DNA of 64,000 bases. Source: a phage. Shown in pieces: positions 10,941 through 21,531 of the stretch; the first letter of the stretch is position 1; the number at the start of each line of letters is the position of its first letter. The stretch lies in the sequence record PQ724393.1; one strand, given 5' to 3'. The translations under genes were made by a program, and so were the position numbers. The notes below the pieces were generated by a model. It saw only the letters and a program-made list of their open reading frames with translations, ran no database searches and was not told the DNA's origin.

Positions 10941-13900
10941 ATGGCCGATATTTTAAAACCTGCATTCCGTGCTACATCCGGACTCGATGCTGCGGGCGAG
11001 AAAGTTATCAATGTTGCCAAAGCCGATTACAATGTATTAGATGATGGCGTCAACGTTGAATTCTTTATAGATGAGAACACCATCCAGGCGTACGACGAGA
11101 CGCGCGGATATAAGAATGGGTTTGCCGTAATCCATGACCAACGTATCTGGGTTGCTCAACGTGATATCGCTGCACCAGCCGGAACTTTTGTACCTGGTTA
11201 TTGGACCGCTACCCGTACCGACCCTAAATGGATTACCGTAGCGTCTCCTACACGCCAGCTGGCTTCCGGTGAATATATTGCGGTGGATTCTGCTGCTAGC
11301 TTTACTACATTTACCCTGCCTCCGAACCCTACTGACGGTGATACAATCGTAATCAAGGATATTGGTGGTCGTGTAGGTTATAATGAAATTAAGCTCCAGT
11401 CTAGTTCTGCTCCAGGCGGCGGTAATCAGAAAATTGTTCGTTTTGGTAATCAGTTCACTGAGACCTTAATTACGAAGCCTTTTTCTTATAATATGATTAT
11501 CTTTGCCAACCGTTTATGGCATTTCTGGGAAGCAGCTAATGAAGAACGTGGTATTCGTGTAGAACCGAACACCGCTCAGTTCCAATCACAAGCGGGTGAT
11601 AACGTTTTGCGCCGTTATACTTCAGGTGCAGTAATTAAGTTTACTCTTCCTAAGTATGCGAACCAAGGTGATATTATTAAAACCGTTGATATCGATGGTT
11701 TAGGAAGTAAGTTCCACTTAATTGTAGAAACGTTTGATGCTTCGTCTGCATTAGGTAAACCTGGGCAGCATAGTATGGAATTCCGTACCTCCGGCGATGG
11801 ATTCTTTGTTTATAACTCTACCGAAAAATTATGGTATGTTTGGGACGGTGATCGTCAAACTCGTTTACGCGTAATTCGTGACGATGTTGAACTCTTGGCT
11901 AACGAAAGCGTTATTGTTTTTGGTCCTAATAACACGACACCACAGACAATTAATATCACATTACCTACAGGCGTAGCCCAGGGTGATGTAGTCAAGATTG
12001 CTCTGAACTATCTCCGTAAAGCTCAGACGGTAAATATTAAGGCCGCTGTAGGAGATAAAATAGCTTCTTCGGTTCAATTGCTCCAGTTCCCTAAACGTTC
12101 TGAATATCCGCCAGATACTGAATGGGTATTGAATGATGTATTGACCTTCAATGGTAACTTAAGTTATACTCCGGTTATTGAACTGAGTTATATTGAAGAC
12201 TCCACTACAGGTGGCAAATATTGGGTTGTTGCTCAGAACGTTCCTACTGTAGAACGTGTAGATTCTAAAGATGATTTAACCCGTGCTCGTCTTGGTGTTA
12301 TTGCTCTGGCGTCTCAGACCCAAGCAAACGTCGACCATGAAAATAATCCTGAAAAAGAACTGGCTATCACCCCACAGACTTTAGCCAATCGTGTAGCTAC
12401 CGAATCACGTCGTGGTATTGCTCGTATTGCTACTACTGCTCAGGTAAACCAGAACACAACTTTCGCGTTCCAGGACGATTTGATTATTTCTCCTAAGAAA
12501 TTAAACGAACGTACTGCAACCGAAACTCGTCGTGGTGTTGCTGAAATTGCTACGCAAGTTGAAACTGATGCCGGTGTTGATGATACAACCATTATCACTC
12601 CTAAGAAGCTACAGACGCGCCAGGGAACTGAAAGCCTGTCTGGTATAGTAAAATATGTATCTACCACAGGAACCACTCCTGCGACTTCTAGAGCAACTGT
12701 AGGTACTAACGTTTATAATAAGAACACAACTACTTTAGTTATTTCTCCTAAAGCTTTAGACCAATATAAAGCCGATCAAAATAACCAAGGTGCTGTATAT
12801 CTTGCTACGCAAGCCGAAGTTAATGCGGGTGCTACTAACCCAGGTTTTAGTAACTCGGTTGTCACACCTGAAACATTGGGTGCTCGTCGTGCTACTGATA
12901 CTAATCATGGTTTAATTGAAATTGCTACGCAAGCAGAGACTGATACTGGAACTGATTATACTCGTGCGGTAACGCCTAAGACGTTAAATGACAGGAATGC
13001 TACTCAAACACTTACTGGTATTGCTCGTATTGGTACTCAAGTAGAATTTGATGCAGGTGTATTAGATAATGTTATTTCAACTCCGTTGAAAGTTAAAACA
13101 AGATTTAATGATACTGCTAGAACTTCTGTCTCAGCAGCCAGTGGTTTGATTGAATCAGGAACCTTATGGAACCATTATACACTAGATATCCGTGAAGCAA
13201 GTAATACTCAACGTGGTACAGCTCGTTTGGCGACCCAAACTGAAGTTAATACTGGTACCGATGATAAAACAATCATCACTCCGCTTAAGCTTCAAGCTAA
13301 AAAGGCTACCGAAAACGCTGAAGGTATTATCCAACTCGCTACTCAGGCCGAAGTTATTGCGGGTACGATAAGTAATAAAGCGTTTAGTCCCAAGCATTAC
13401 AAATATGTCGTCCAACAGGAAAAATCCTGGGAAGCTACTTCTGCTCGTAGAGGATATGTTAAATTAACCACAGGTACCGCCACTTGGGAAGGCGATGATA
13501 CTAATGGCTCTGTTGCTAACCTGGCTAAATTTGAAGACGATGGTTTTGCTATTTCACCACTTCAGATGAACACCGCATTAACTCACTATCTTCCTATTAA
13601 AGGTAAGGCTTTTGACTCCGATAAATTGGACAACCTGGATAGCTCTCAGTTCGTCAGGAGAGATATCGACCAAATAGTTGAAGGAACATTAACCCTTCGT
13701 AAAAACATCAGAATCGATGGCCAGTTAACTACAGGTGGTACAGGTGAGTTTGGTGGTTCTTTAGCTGCTAATTCTACATTTACTATTCGTAATACAGGTG
13801 CTTCAACTCGTTTGGTATTTGAAAAAGGACCACAAACTGGAAATAACCCGTTTCAAACCATGAATATCCGAGTATGGGGTAACCAGTTTAGCGGTGGAAG

Positions 13901-14840
13901 TAATACAAGTCGTTCTACTATATTTGAAGTTGGTGATGAAACGTCTAATCACTTCTATTCACAGCGTAACGACGCTGGTAATATTACTTTTAGTATCAAC
14001 GGCACAGTTCAACCGATTAACGTTGATGCATCCGGAACATTGAATGCTAATGGTGCGGCGACATTTGGACGTTCAGTGACTGCACAGGGTGAATTCACAT
14101 CTTATAGTTCAAACGCATTTAGAGCAATTAACGGTAATTATGGTTTTATTATTCGTAATGCCGGTAATGACACCTATTTTATGCTCACCGCGGCGGGTGA
14201 ACAGACCGGTGGATTTAATGGATTACGTCCATTAATAATTAATAACCAATCGGGCCAAGTAACTATTGGTGAAAGCTTAATCATTGCCAAAGGTGCTACT
14301 ATAAATTTGGGTGGTTTAACAGTTAACTCGAGAATTCGTTCGCAGGGTACTAAACCTGCTGACCTTTATTCGAGAAAACCTAATGCCGATAATACAGGCT
14401 TCTGGTCCGTTGAAGTTAATGATTCAGCTACATATAATCAGTTCCCTGGTTATTTTGAAATGGTCGAAAAAGTTAACGAAGTAACAGGATTGCCTTACTT
14501 AGAACGTGGTGCAGAGATTAAATCCCCTGGCACATTGACCCAGTTTGGTAATACCCTGAATTCGTTATACCAAGATTGGATTACTTATCCTGCTAATGCC
14601 AACGCACGTACTACTCGTTGGACCCGTACATGGCAGCAAAGTAAAAATGCATGGTCGGGTTTTGTTCAGGTGTTTGATGGCGGTAACCCTCCTCAACCTT
14701 CTGATATCGGCGCCCTTCCGGCGGATAACGCTTCGATGAGTAACTTGACCATTCGTGACTGGTTACGTATTGGTAACGTTCGTATAGTTCCTGACCCGGT
14801 AACTCGTTCTGTTAAATTCGAATGGATTGATACACCATAA
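10941..14840 (+). CDS. 34: Long tail fiber proximal subunit gp34
   Basis: 1299 aa, repeated beta-rich fibre motifs, first gene of the 34-38 late block. Confidence 0.85.
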   Translation: MADILKPAFRATSGLDAAGEKVINVAKADYNVLDDGVNVEFFIDENTIQAYDETRGYKNGFAVIHDQRIWVAQRDIAAPAGTFVPGYWTATRTDPKWITVASPTRQLASGEYIAVDSAASFTTFTLPPNPTDGDTIVIKDIGGRVGYNEIKLQSSSAPGGGNQKIVRFGNQFTETLITKPFSYNMIIFANRLWHFWEAANEERGIRVEPNTAQFQSQAGDNVLRRYTSGAVIKFTLPKYANQGDIIKTVDIDGLGSKFHLIVETFDASSALGKPGQHSMEFRTSGDGFFVYNSTEKLWYVWDGDRQTRLRVIRDDVELLANESVIVFGPNNTTPQTINITLPTGVAQGDVVKIALNYLRKAQTVNIKAAVGDKIASSVQLLQFPKRSEYPPDTEWVLNDVLTFNGNLSYTPVIELSYIEDSTTGGKYWVVAQNVPTVERVDSKDDLTRARLGVIALASQTQANVDHENNPEKELAITPQTLANRVATESRRGIARIATTAQVNQNTTFAFQDDLIISPKKLNERTATETRRGVAEIATQVETDAGVDDTTIITPKKLQTRQGTESLSGIVKYVSTTGTTPATSRATVGTNVYNKNTTTLVISPKALDQYKADQNNQGAVYLATQAEVNAGATNPGFSNSVVTPETLGARRATDTNHGLIEIATQAETDTGTDYTRAVTPKTLNDRNATQTLTGIARIGTQVEFDAGVLDNVISTPLKVKTRFNDTARTSVSAASGLIESGTLWNHYTLDIREASNTQRGTARLATQTEVNTGTDDKTIITPLKLQAKKATENAEGIIQLATQAEVIAGTISNKAFSPKHYKYVVQQEKSWEATSARRGYVKLTTGTATWEGDDTNGSVANLAKFEDDGFAISPLQMNTALTHYLPIKGKAFDSDKLDNLDSSQFVRRDIDQIVEGTLTLRKNIRIDGQLTTGGTGEFGGSLAANSTFTIRNTGASTRLVFEKGPQTGNNPFQTMNIRVWGNQFSGGSNTSRSTIFEVGDETSNHFYSQRNDAGNITFSINGTVQPINVDASGTLNANGAATFGRSVTAQGEFTSYSSNAFRAINGNYGFIIRNAGNDTYFMLTAAGEQTGGFNGLRPLIINNQSGQVTIGESLIIAKGATINLGGLTVNSRIRSQGTKPADLYSRKPNADNTGFWSVEVNDSATYNQFPGYFEMVEKVNEVTGLPYLERGAEIKSPGTLTQFGNTLNSLYQDWITYPANANARTTRWTRTWQQSKNAWSGFVQVFDGGNPPQPSDIGALPADNASMSNLTIRDWLRIGNVRIVPDPVTRSVKFEWIDTP

Positions 14841-14848
14841 GAGGTAAT

Positions 14849-15973
14849 ATGGAAAGATTTATGGCTGAATTTGGACAAGATTACGTTCAAATTCCTGTAC
14901 TATCTGAAAATAATGCCGTTAGTTATAAACTTAGTATAGCAGGGAGCTGTACTAAGTCTACTAAAAAGGCTTATATCAAATTTCAAGATGAGGACTTCGG
15001 TCCTCAGAATTTCCAATCCGGCCTAAATTTGGTTGAAATAGACCCGACAAATAACACAATAGTAACTACAAAATCATACTCATTTACCAAAGACCATGAT
15101 GTTATTTCCCAAGCGTTTATAACTTATATTTCATCTATACCTGCTGGTAGAATTGTTTGCATTATTTCTTCCGGCAAATTAAACGCCTCACAAGTATTAA
15201 TTGATTGGTTTAGGGCTTCCGGTTCTACAGCATTTCCGGATAAATGGCTTATTGATAAAGTGGATACTTCTTATTCAGCTTTTTATGTTTCAGGAAGAAA
15301 TGCTATTGTAATGGAACATGTGCTTTATAACGATGGCGTTTTGGTAGAAGATGTTTCCACTCCATTAGAAGTCGTTTATGATAACTTTAATGATGTAGGT
15401 GGGACCGGGTTCCCTGTTAGAGTCATTGAAGATGAAAATACTTACTATAGCGGAGCTACTCAAGAAATTAAAAGGTTTCCTACCAATTCCGCCATAACTC
15501 CTTGTGCCGGTTATAATATGGTCCCTGGAGATTTCTTTTATCTTAAATTCCAAATGACCTATGACCAGGCTTTAAAAGATTTGGGGACGACTCAGATGTC
15601 CATACGATTTTTTAATGGCCAAGAAATGCTTCAATCCACTGATATCAATATTCCTGTAGGAGCAGGCTCTCCACCGGCAGGCGCATGGATGACTTTTGAG
15701 CGCGTAATAGAAGTTCCGCCAAATGCCAATGGTTTTACATTATATTGTAGAAAAACTGTCTCAGGCGGAGTAGGAGGTGTTAGGAATGTTATGTTTGGTG
15801 AAATAGCTAGACCTGAAGATACCCCTAAATCCGCTGAAATCGGTGTTAATGGTATTCGTATGAGCTATGGTACCGAAACCCGTTCAATGGGTAATGTTAT
15901 TGCACAATTGAATGACAAATCATCTGGTAACGCAGGTAAAGTATTTGTTCAAGAATTTAAAGAAAAATATTAA
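14849..15973 (+). CDS. 35: Long tail fiber hinge protein gp35
   Basis: 374 aa, size and synteny. Confidence 0.7.
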   Translation: MERFMAEFGQDYVQIPVLSENNAVSYKLSIAGSCTKSTKKAYIKFQDEDFGPQNFQSGLNLVEIDPTNNTIVTTKSYSFTKDHDVISQAFITYISSIPAGRIVCIISSGKLNASQVLIDWFRASGSTAFPDKWLIDKVDTSYSAFYVSGRNAIVMEHVLYNDGVLVEDVSTPLEVVYDNFNDVGGTGFPVRVIEDENTYYSGATQEIKRFPTNSAITPCAGYNMVPGDFFYLKFQMTYDQALKDLGTTQMSIRFFNGQEMLQSTDINIPVGAGSPPAGAWMTFERVIEVPPNANGFTLYCRKTVSGGVGGVRNVMFGEIARPEDTPKSAEIGVNGIRMSYGTETRSMGNVIAQLNDKSSGNAGKVFVQEFKEKY

Positions 15974-15994
15974 GGGACCGTAAGGTCCCTTTTT
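15974..15994 (+). terminator. Intrinsic terminator GGGACC-GUAA-GGUCCC + UUUUU after gene 35
   Basis: GC stem, GNRA loop and T-run seen directly right after the gp35 stop. Confidence 0.65.
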
Positions 15995-15996
15995 GC

Positions 15997-16004
15997 TATA
16001 AATA
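15997..16004 (+). promoter_or_regulatory. T4 late promoter TATAAATA upstream of gene 36
   Basis: Exact octamer about 26 nt before the gp36 ATG. Confidence 0.6.
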
Positions 16005-16029
16005 CGTTATCTAATAAAGAGGAATAACT

Positions 16030-16677
16030 ATGGCTGATTTAAAATTAGGCTCAACCGCCGGAGGTTCCGTTATATGGCACCAAGGCAACTTTCCGCTGAC
16101 GCCGGTATCAAATGATATTTTATATAAAACCTACAAAATCTATACCGAATTTAATAAGCCTCAAGCTACAGATAACGACTTTGTTTCTAAGGCAGCCGGA
16201 GGTACATATAAAGGTACTGTTAATTTTGAAAAAGGTATAACTTTTAACGACTCTGCCGGGTATGCTATTAAATTGGGTGCCAGAGAAGGCGGGCAACCTT
16301 TTACCGCTTCATTTAAGATTAAAGGGTCTTTTGGCCTTGAAACTGAAACGGGGACCCCATTTGTAATCTTCAACCCGAGCACTACAGTAGGAGCTAACCG
16401 TCTTACAGTAATGGGTGATATCCTTGGTCGTCAAATTAAAGACGAATCAGGCCGAGTGTTTTCTCCAGGGAATGCTCCGACAAAAGCCCAGGTAGGATTA
16501 AGTGATGTGGATAACGCAAAACAGGTCCAAATAAATAATAGTAACATACAATCCATGGCTGGTGTTCTTTCAGCCCCAAATTTCATATCTAGGAACCCAG
16601 GTACATTGAACGAACACGTTCCTCGTATTGACCAGGTTGTTCTTAGAGGTACATCTGAAGATTTTGGATATTATTAA
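16030..16677 (+). CDS. 36: Long tail fiber distal connector gp36
   Basis: 215 aa, size and synteny. Confidence 0.7.
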   Translation: MADLKLGSTAGGSVIWHQGNFPLTPVSNDILYKTYKIYTEFNKPQATDNDFVSKAAGGTYKGTVNFEKGITFNDSAGYAIKLGAREGGQPFTASFKIKGSFGLETETGTPFVIFNPSTTVGANRLTVMGDILGRQIKDESGRVFSPGNAPTKAQVGLSDVDNAKQVQINNSNIQSMAGVLSAPNFISRNPGTLNEHVPRIDQVVLRGTSEDFGYY

Positions 16678-16685
16678 GAGGCATT

Positions 16686-19600
16686 ATGGCTACTTTAAAA
16701 TCGATACAATTTAAAAGAAGTAAAATAGCAGGAGCCAAGCCTACTGCAGCCCAGTTAGATGAAGGTGAACTGGCTATTAACTTGCGTGACCGTACCATTT
16801 TTACTAAGTCAGACCAGGGACAGATTATTGACCTTGGTTTTGCAAAGGGTGGTACTGTCGATGGCGATGTAACTATTAATGGGACCCTGAATTTAAACGG
16901 TCCTGAAATTGTTGCCTCTGGTGGTTATATAGAATTTAACTATCGTACGACAGGTAGTGGCTCTTGGGCAGGCCAGCACAGGGCCAAAGCTCCTATTTTT
17001 GCTGATTTAAGTGCGGCTGCATCTACTTCAGAATACAACCCACTGATTAAACAACGCTTTAAAGATGGAACATTTTCAGCAGGCACATTAGTTTCGGAAG
17101 GTAGTTTTAAATTCCACTATATTAATGAAGCTGGTGATTCAAAATATTGGACCTTTAATCGTAATGGTAATTTTCAAGTTGATACCGGTAGTTTAATGGT
17201 ATCAGCAGGTAATATTTCTGCATCAGGCAACATAAATTCGGCTAATGGTATTATCACCGGTCCTGAAATTGTTACCAAAAATATTAATTTCAGTACAAAA
17301 TCATTTGTAGCTAATGCAAATATAGGATACGACTGGGTTTCATTACCTACCTGGGTTTATAATCCTCCTGCTGATGGTTCTGATGATACTACTAACGGTT
17401 TAAACTATTTGCGTAAATTGCGTGCATCAAGTGCATCAAGTATTTTCCATGAAATTGCTGATTGTCGCAAAGGTAAACCACAAGAAATTTCTTGGTGGAC
17501 CGGCGTAGGACCATCGTCTTTCCAATGGGCTTTTGATAACTCTGGACGTATTACCGCAGGTAAATCAATTTCTGTAGGTCTTCCTGATAATGGTACAAAT
17601 GGTCGTTACCCACTAGATTCAGCAATTTCTATTGGTATTGCAATTGGTGATAATGACACCGGTATTAAATGGGTTCGTGACGGCGTTATTGATTTCATGG
17701 CTAACAGTATTTCAACCGCTACCATTTTGAATAACGGTATTAACAGTACTAAAAAATTGACGGTCGGTTATAGCCGTGATTCCGGCTCTACTTGGGATTT
17801 CCCAAATAACAACCAGGCAATGTTTACTGCTCGTACCGATATTGATGGTAATAATAATGGTGACGGTCAGACTCATATCGGTTATAGCAGCAATGCCAAG
17901 ATGTATCACTATTTCCGTGGCACAGGTCGTATGTCTGTTAGTATGGGTGATGGACTTCTTGTTGAACCGGGTATTTTAGATATTAAAACCGGTTCAAATT
18001 CATTAAATTTACGTGCTGACGGTACTGTTGCTTCAACGAAAAGAATTAAACTTGATAATGGATTGGTTCTTACCGGTTCTAGACCTGATGGTATTCAACT
18101 TGATGCACCCACATCAGTAGATGGCACTAAATCTATTTTGTGGGCTGGTGGTACTCGCGCAGGTCAGAATAAAAACTATGTAACTATTAAAGCATGGGGT
18201 AATGCATTCAACTCAACTGGTGATAAAACCCGTGAAACCGTATTTGAAGTTGGAGATGGACAAGGATACCATTTTTATTCACAGCGCATATCCCCTACCG
18301 GAGTTGAAACAGTTGGCCCTGTGATTATTCAAATGGCAGGTAGTTTATTGGCTCGTGGTACGTTAAACACTGATGGCAATCTTTATGTGAAAGGATTAAG
18401 TACACATGAAGGTACTGTGACCATGAATAATGGCCTTCGTTTAACTGGCGGCGCTAATATAAGCGGCCAGGTTAAAATTGGTGGTGTTAACGATGCATTG
18501 AGAATTTGGAACGACCGATATGGTGCTATTTTCCGTCGCTCAGAAACATCATTACATATTATCCCGACCAATGAAAATGAAGGTGAAAACGGTCCGATAA
18601 GCAACCTTCGCCCGTTTAGTATTGAATTAGGTACTGGTGCCATTAATATGGGCCATTCTTTAATGATAGGCAACTCGGCCCGCGGTGATGGCCTGCTGAA
18701 TATTGATACCAAAGCATTCTTGATTACAATTAACAGTCATTCGAAAATTAAACCTAATTATCGTATGGACTTAGAAAACGGTGCTTATATAAATGCTTTA
18801 ATGGATGCAAACGGTCGTTCAGCTGGCGCAGGTTCATTCGCGTCCCAGAATAATGAAAACGTCCGCGCTCCATTCTACATGAATATCGACCGTGATGATA
18901 CCAGCACTTATGTTCCAATGATAAAGCAACGTTATGTTCAGGGTAATGGATGTTTTTCAATAGGTACTTTGTTGAATAATGGCAACTTCCGCGTCCATTA
19001 TCACGCTGGTGGTGACGGTGGTTCGACTGGTGCTCAGATTGCAGATTACGGTTGGGAATTCACTAAATCCGGTGATTTTGTATCTCCACGACGTGTCTCG
19101 GCAGGTGGTTCGGTTTATCTAGGTACGGATGGTAATATCACTGGTGGTTCTGGTAATTTCTCTAACCTGAATACTACTTTAGACCGCAAAGTTACCACGG
19201 GGTGGATTAACTATTCTTCTGAAAGTGGCTGGTATAAATTGGCAACAGTAAATATGCCTCAAGGTGCAGCTACGGTCCAATTTAAAATAACAGGCGGTTC
19301 CGGTTTTAACGTTGGTATTTTTAGACAAGCAACAATTAATGAAATTGTATTGCGTTCCGGTAATAATACACCTAAAGGAATTAACGGTGTTTTATGGCAG
19401 CGCGAAACTGATGCTATTAAAGACATTGCATATATTAATACCTCAGACGATGAGTATGATGTTTATATTAATTGTGGTACTTATTTAAATAGACTTACCC
19501 TAGAATATAGCACTTCAGAAAACGCTTCGGTAGTAGTTTATGGATTATATGGGCCTACGCAATCACCGGTAGAAGAGCTTCCTGTAGATATTGTTAAAGG

Positions 19601-20663
19601 TCGTGTTTTTAAACTTCTTAATAATAGCTCAGATGTTTTTGACGCTGGTAGTTCTAATATTTCTACAAATGCCACCTTTGTTGCTAATACAACTGTAGGT
19701 TTCCGCCATAAATCCAATGGTGATGAAAGTGGTTCTGCCGCTACTCTGTTTTATAATGATGGTACTACGTTCCATATATTATTAACAGATAAGAACACCG
19801 ACACAGATAAAACTAAAGCCTCTGGTTCTAACAACAGTTTAAGGCCTTTTTCTATCAATATTGCTTCTGGTAAAGTAACTATTTCAAACTCTATGAGTGT
19901 TTCTGGTGTTGCAGAGTTTTATAACGGTCTTAATATCAAAAACAATGGAAGCATTAATTTTGATAAGTCTGGTGCGAACCCGAGAAACATGCGTATATTC
20001 CATGCCGGTGATGCTTCACGTGGAAACCGTATTGAAGTTGCGGATGAGTCTAATTACTTAGTTTATTGGGAAAAAACTCCGGGCGGCGCAAACCGTTCTT
20101 CATATAACCAATGTGAAGTTAATGGTATAACTACTCTTAACGTTAATACTAAAGTGAACACCCCACAAATTGGAGCATTTGGTGTTAACACAACTAATGG
20201 ATTTGGTGGTAACTCAATTGTAATAGGTGATACCGATACAGGTTTCAGACAAGTTGGCGATGGACTTTTAGAAGTTTGGACCAATGCCGTTCGCCGGATG
20301 CGATTCCAGAGTGGTGACACTTATTCTGATATGAATATAAATGCTCCAAACGTTTATATTCGTTCGGATATCAGATTGAAATCTAACTTCAAACCTATTG
20401 AAAATGCTCTTGAAAAGGTTGAACAGCTCGACGGTTTAATCTATGATAAAGCTGATTATATTGGTGGAGAGGTTGTTCACACTGAAGCAGGTGTTATTGC
20501 ACAGAGCCTGGAAAAAGTATTACCTGAAGCTATTCGTGAAGTTGAAGATATCAAAGGTAATAAAGTTCTGACCGTTTCGACTCAGGCCCAAGTGGCGCTG
20601 TTACTTGAAGCGGTTAAAACCCTGTCGGCTAAAGTTAGAGAACTTGAAGCTAAATTAAATTAA
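16686..20663 (+). CDS. 37: Long tail fiber distal subunit gp37 with C-terminal intramolecular chaperone-like domain
   Basis: 1325 aa; C-terminal ~110 aa carries SDIRLK (S74-type autoproteolysis signature) and a coiled-coil tail. Confidence 0.85.
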   Translation: MATLKSIQFKRSKIAGAKPTAAQLDEGELAINLRDRTIFTKSDQGQIIDLGFAKGGTVDGDVTINGTLNLNGPEIVASGGYIEFNYRTTGSGSWAGQHRAKAPIFADLSAAASTSEYNPLIKQRFKDGTFSAGTLVSEGSFKFHYINEAGDSKYWTFNRNGNFQVDTGSLMVSAGNISASGNINSANGIITGPEIVTKNINFSTKSFVANANIGYDWVSLPTWVYNPPADGSDDTTNGLNYLRKLRASSASSIFHEIADCRKGKPQEISWWTGVGPSSFQWAFDNSGRITAGKSISVGLPDNGTNGRYPLDSAISIGIAIGDNDTGIKWVRDGVIDFMANSISTATILNNGINSTKKLTVGYSRDSGSTWDFPNNNQAMFTARTDIDGNNNGDGQTHIGYSSNAKMYHYFRGTGRMSVSMGDGLLVEPGILDIKTGSNSLNLRADGTVASTKRIKLDNGLVLTGSRPDGIQLDAPTSVDGTKSILWAGGTRAGQNKNYVTIKAWGNAFNSTGDKTRETVFEVGDGQGYHFYSQRISPTGVETVGPVIIQMAGSLLARGTLNTDGNLYVKGLSTHEGTVTMNNGLRLTGGANISGQVKIGGVNDALRIWNDRYGAIFRRSETSLHIIPTNENEGENGPISNLRPFSIELGTGAINMGHSLMIGNSARGDGLLNIDTKAFLITINSHSKIKPNYRMDLENGAYINALMDANGRSAGAGSFASQNNENVRAPFYMNIDRDDTSTYVPMIKQRYVQGNGCFSIGTLLNNGNFRVHYHAGGDGGSTGAQIADYGWEFTKSGDFVSPRRVSAGGSVYLGTDGNITGGSGNFSNLNTTLDRKVTTGWINYSSESGWYKLATVNMPQGAATVQFKITGGSGFNVGIFRQATINEIVLRSGNNTPKGINGVLWQRETDAIKDIAYINTSDDEYDVYINCGTYLNRLTLEYSTSENASVVVYGLYGPTQSPVEELPVDIVKGRVFKLLNNSSDVFDAGSSNISTNATFVANTTVGFRHKSNGDESGSAATLFYNDGTTFHILLTDKNTDTDKTKASGSNNSLRPFSINIASGKVTISNSMSVSGVAEFYNGLNIKNNGSINFDKSGANPRNMRIFHAGDASRGNRIEVADESNYLVYWEKTPGGANRSSYNQCEVNGITTLNVNTKVNTPQIGAFGVNTTNGFGGNSIVIGDTDTGFRQVGDGLLEVWTNAVRRMRFQSGDTYSDMNINAPNVYIRSDIRLKSNFKPIENALEKVEQLDGLIYDKADYIGGEVVHTEAGVIAQSLEKVLPEAIREVEDIKGNKVLTVSTQAQVALLLEAVKTLSAKVRELEAKLN

Positions 20664-20668
20664 GAAAA

Positions 20669-20682
20669 GGGCCTTCGGGCCC
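20669..20682 (+). other. Hairpin GGGCC-UUCG-GGCCC in the 37-38 spacer, abutting the gp38 SD
   Basis: Perfect stem and tetraloop seen; no U tract. Confidence 0.4.
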
Positions 20683-20694
20683 TAAGGATTTATT

Positions 20695-21495
20695 ATGGCA
20701 ATCGTAGGATTACCCGGTTGGGTCGGCCAATCTGCAGTTGACGAAACAGGTCAACGTTGGATGGATGCAGCAATGCGTGATGTTCGTGTAGCTGTTCCGG
20801 GTTGGATGGGTTCGATGGCTAACCAATCAAAAGAAATTTACTTATCTATAGGGGCTAATCATAACTATGATAGGAATACCCTTATAAACTGGATGAGAGC
20901 ACAAGGTGGTGCGCCTGTGGTTATTACAATTACCGGCGACTTGGTATCAAATAGCCGCGGAAACCCTTGCCTGGAATTCCCTAGCAATCTTCCTAACGCA
21001 TATATTCAACTTACCATTAATAGCGGTGTGACTGTTTATGGCCGAGGAGGCCGAGGAGGCTGGACCCATAGCAACGGCAATGGTAATGGTGAGGCCGGCG
21101 GAATAGCCATACAAAACAATGCCGGAACTAAACTTCGTATCCGTAATAATGGCGCTATAGCCGGTGGTGGTGGCGGTGGCGGTGGCATCGCGTATAGGCC
21201 CCATTCAGGTGCTAACTGGCAAGATATAGGCGCTGGCGGCGGTAGACCATTTGGTGCAGCTGGTGGCGGAGGATACTCCGGTGGGGCGGCATCTCTTACC
21301 GGAGCAGGTGGTGGTTATAATTATGGTAACGCGCATTCCGGTGCTGGTGGGAATGTCGGTGCTAAAGGCCAAAACGCTTGGAATGATGGAGGTAAAGTGC
21401 TTAAAGTTGGCGCTGGTGGTAATGCTGGGGCAGCAGTCGCCGGTAATGCTCCTAACTGGCAAAACGTTGGTACGATATACGGAAGCAGAGTATAA
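20695..21495 (+). CDS. 38: T2-type receptor-binding adhesin gp38 with glycine-rich motifs
   Basis: N-terminus MAIVGLPGWVGQSAVDETGQRW, poly-Gly blocks, C-terminal WQNVGTIYGSRV. Confidence 0.8.
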   Translation: MAIVGLPGWVGQSAVDETGQRWMDAAMRDVRVAVPGWMGSMANQSKEIYLSIGANHNYDRNTLINWMRAQGGAPVVITITGDLVSNSRGNPCLEFPSNLPNAYIQLTINSGVTVYGRGGRGGWTHSNGNGNGEAGGIAIQNNAGTKLRIRNNGAIAGGGGGGGGIAYRPHSGANWQDIGAGGGRPFGAAGGGGYSGGAASLTGAGGGYNYGNAHSGAGGNVGAKGQNAWNDGGKVLKVGAGGNAGAAVAGNAPNWQNVGTIYGSRV

Positions 21496-21505
21496 TACCC
21501 CATAT

Positions 21506-21513
21506 TATAAATA
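21506..21513 (+). promoter_or_regulatory. T4 late promoter TATAAATA upstream of holin t
   Basis: Exact octamer followed by AAGGAG SD and ATG. Confidence 0.6.
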
Positions 21514-21531
21514 TCTTTAAAGGAGAAAAGT

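Noticed and set aside
12440-12676. Minus-strand ORFs inside late genes 34, 37 and 38 (12440-12676, 13182-13415, 17712-17909, 18383-18712, 20063-20320, 20947-21462)
   Set aside because: Antisense to long, well-supported fibre genes; the gp38 ones are just the reverse reading of the GGN repeats.
21040-21440. Repetitive GGN-rich DNA, considered as a possible repeat array or CRISPR-like element
   Set aside because: The repeats are in-frame glycine codons of the gp38 adhesin, with no spacer/repeat periodicity.
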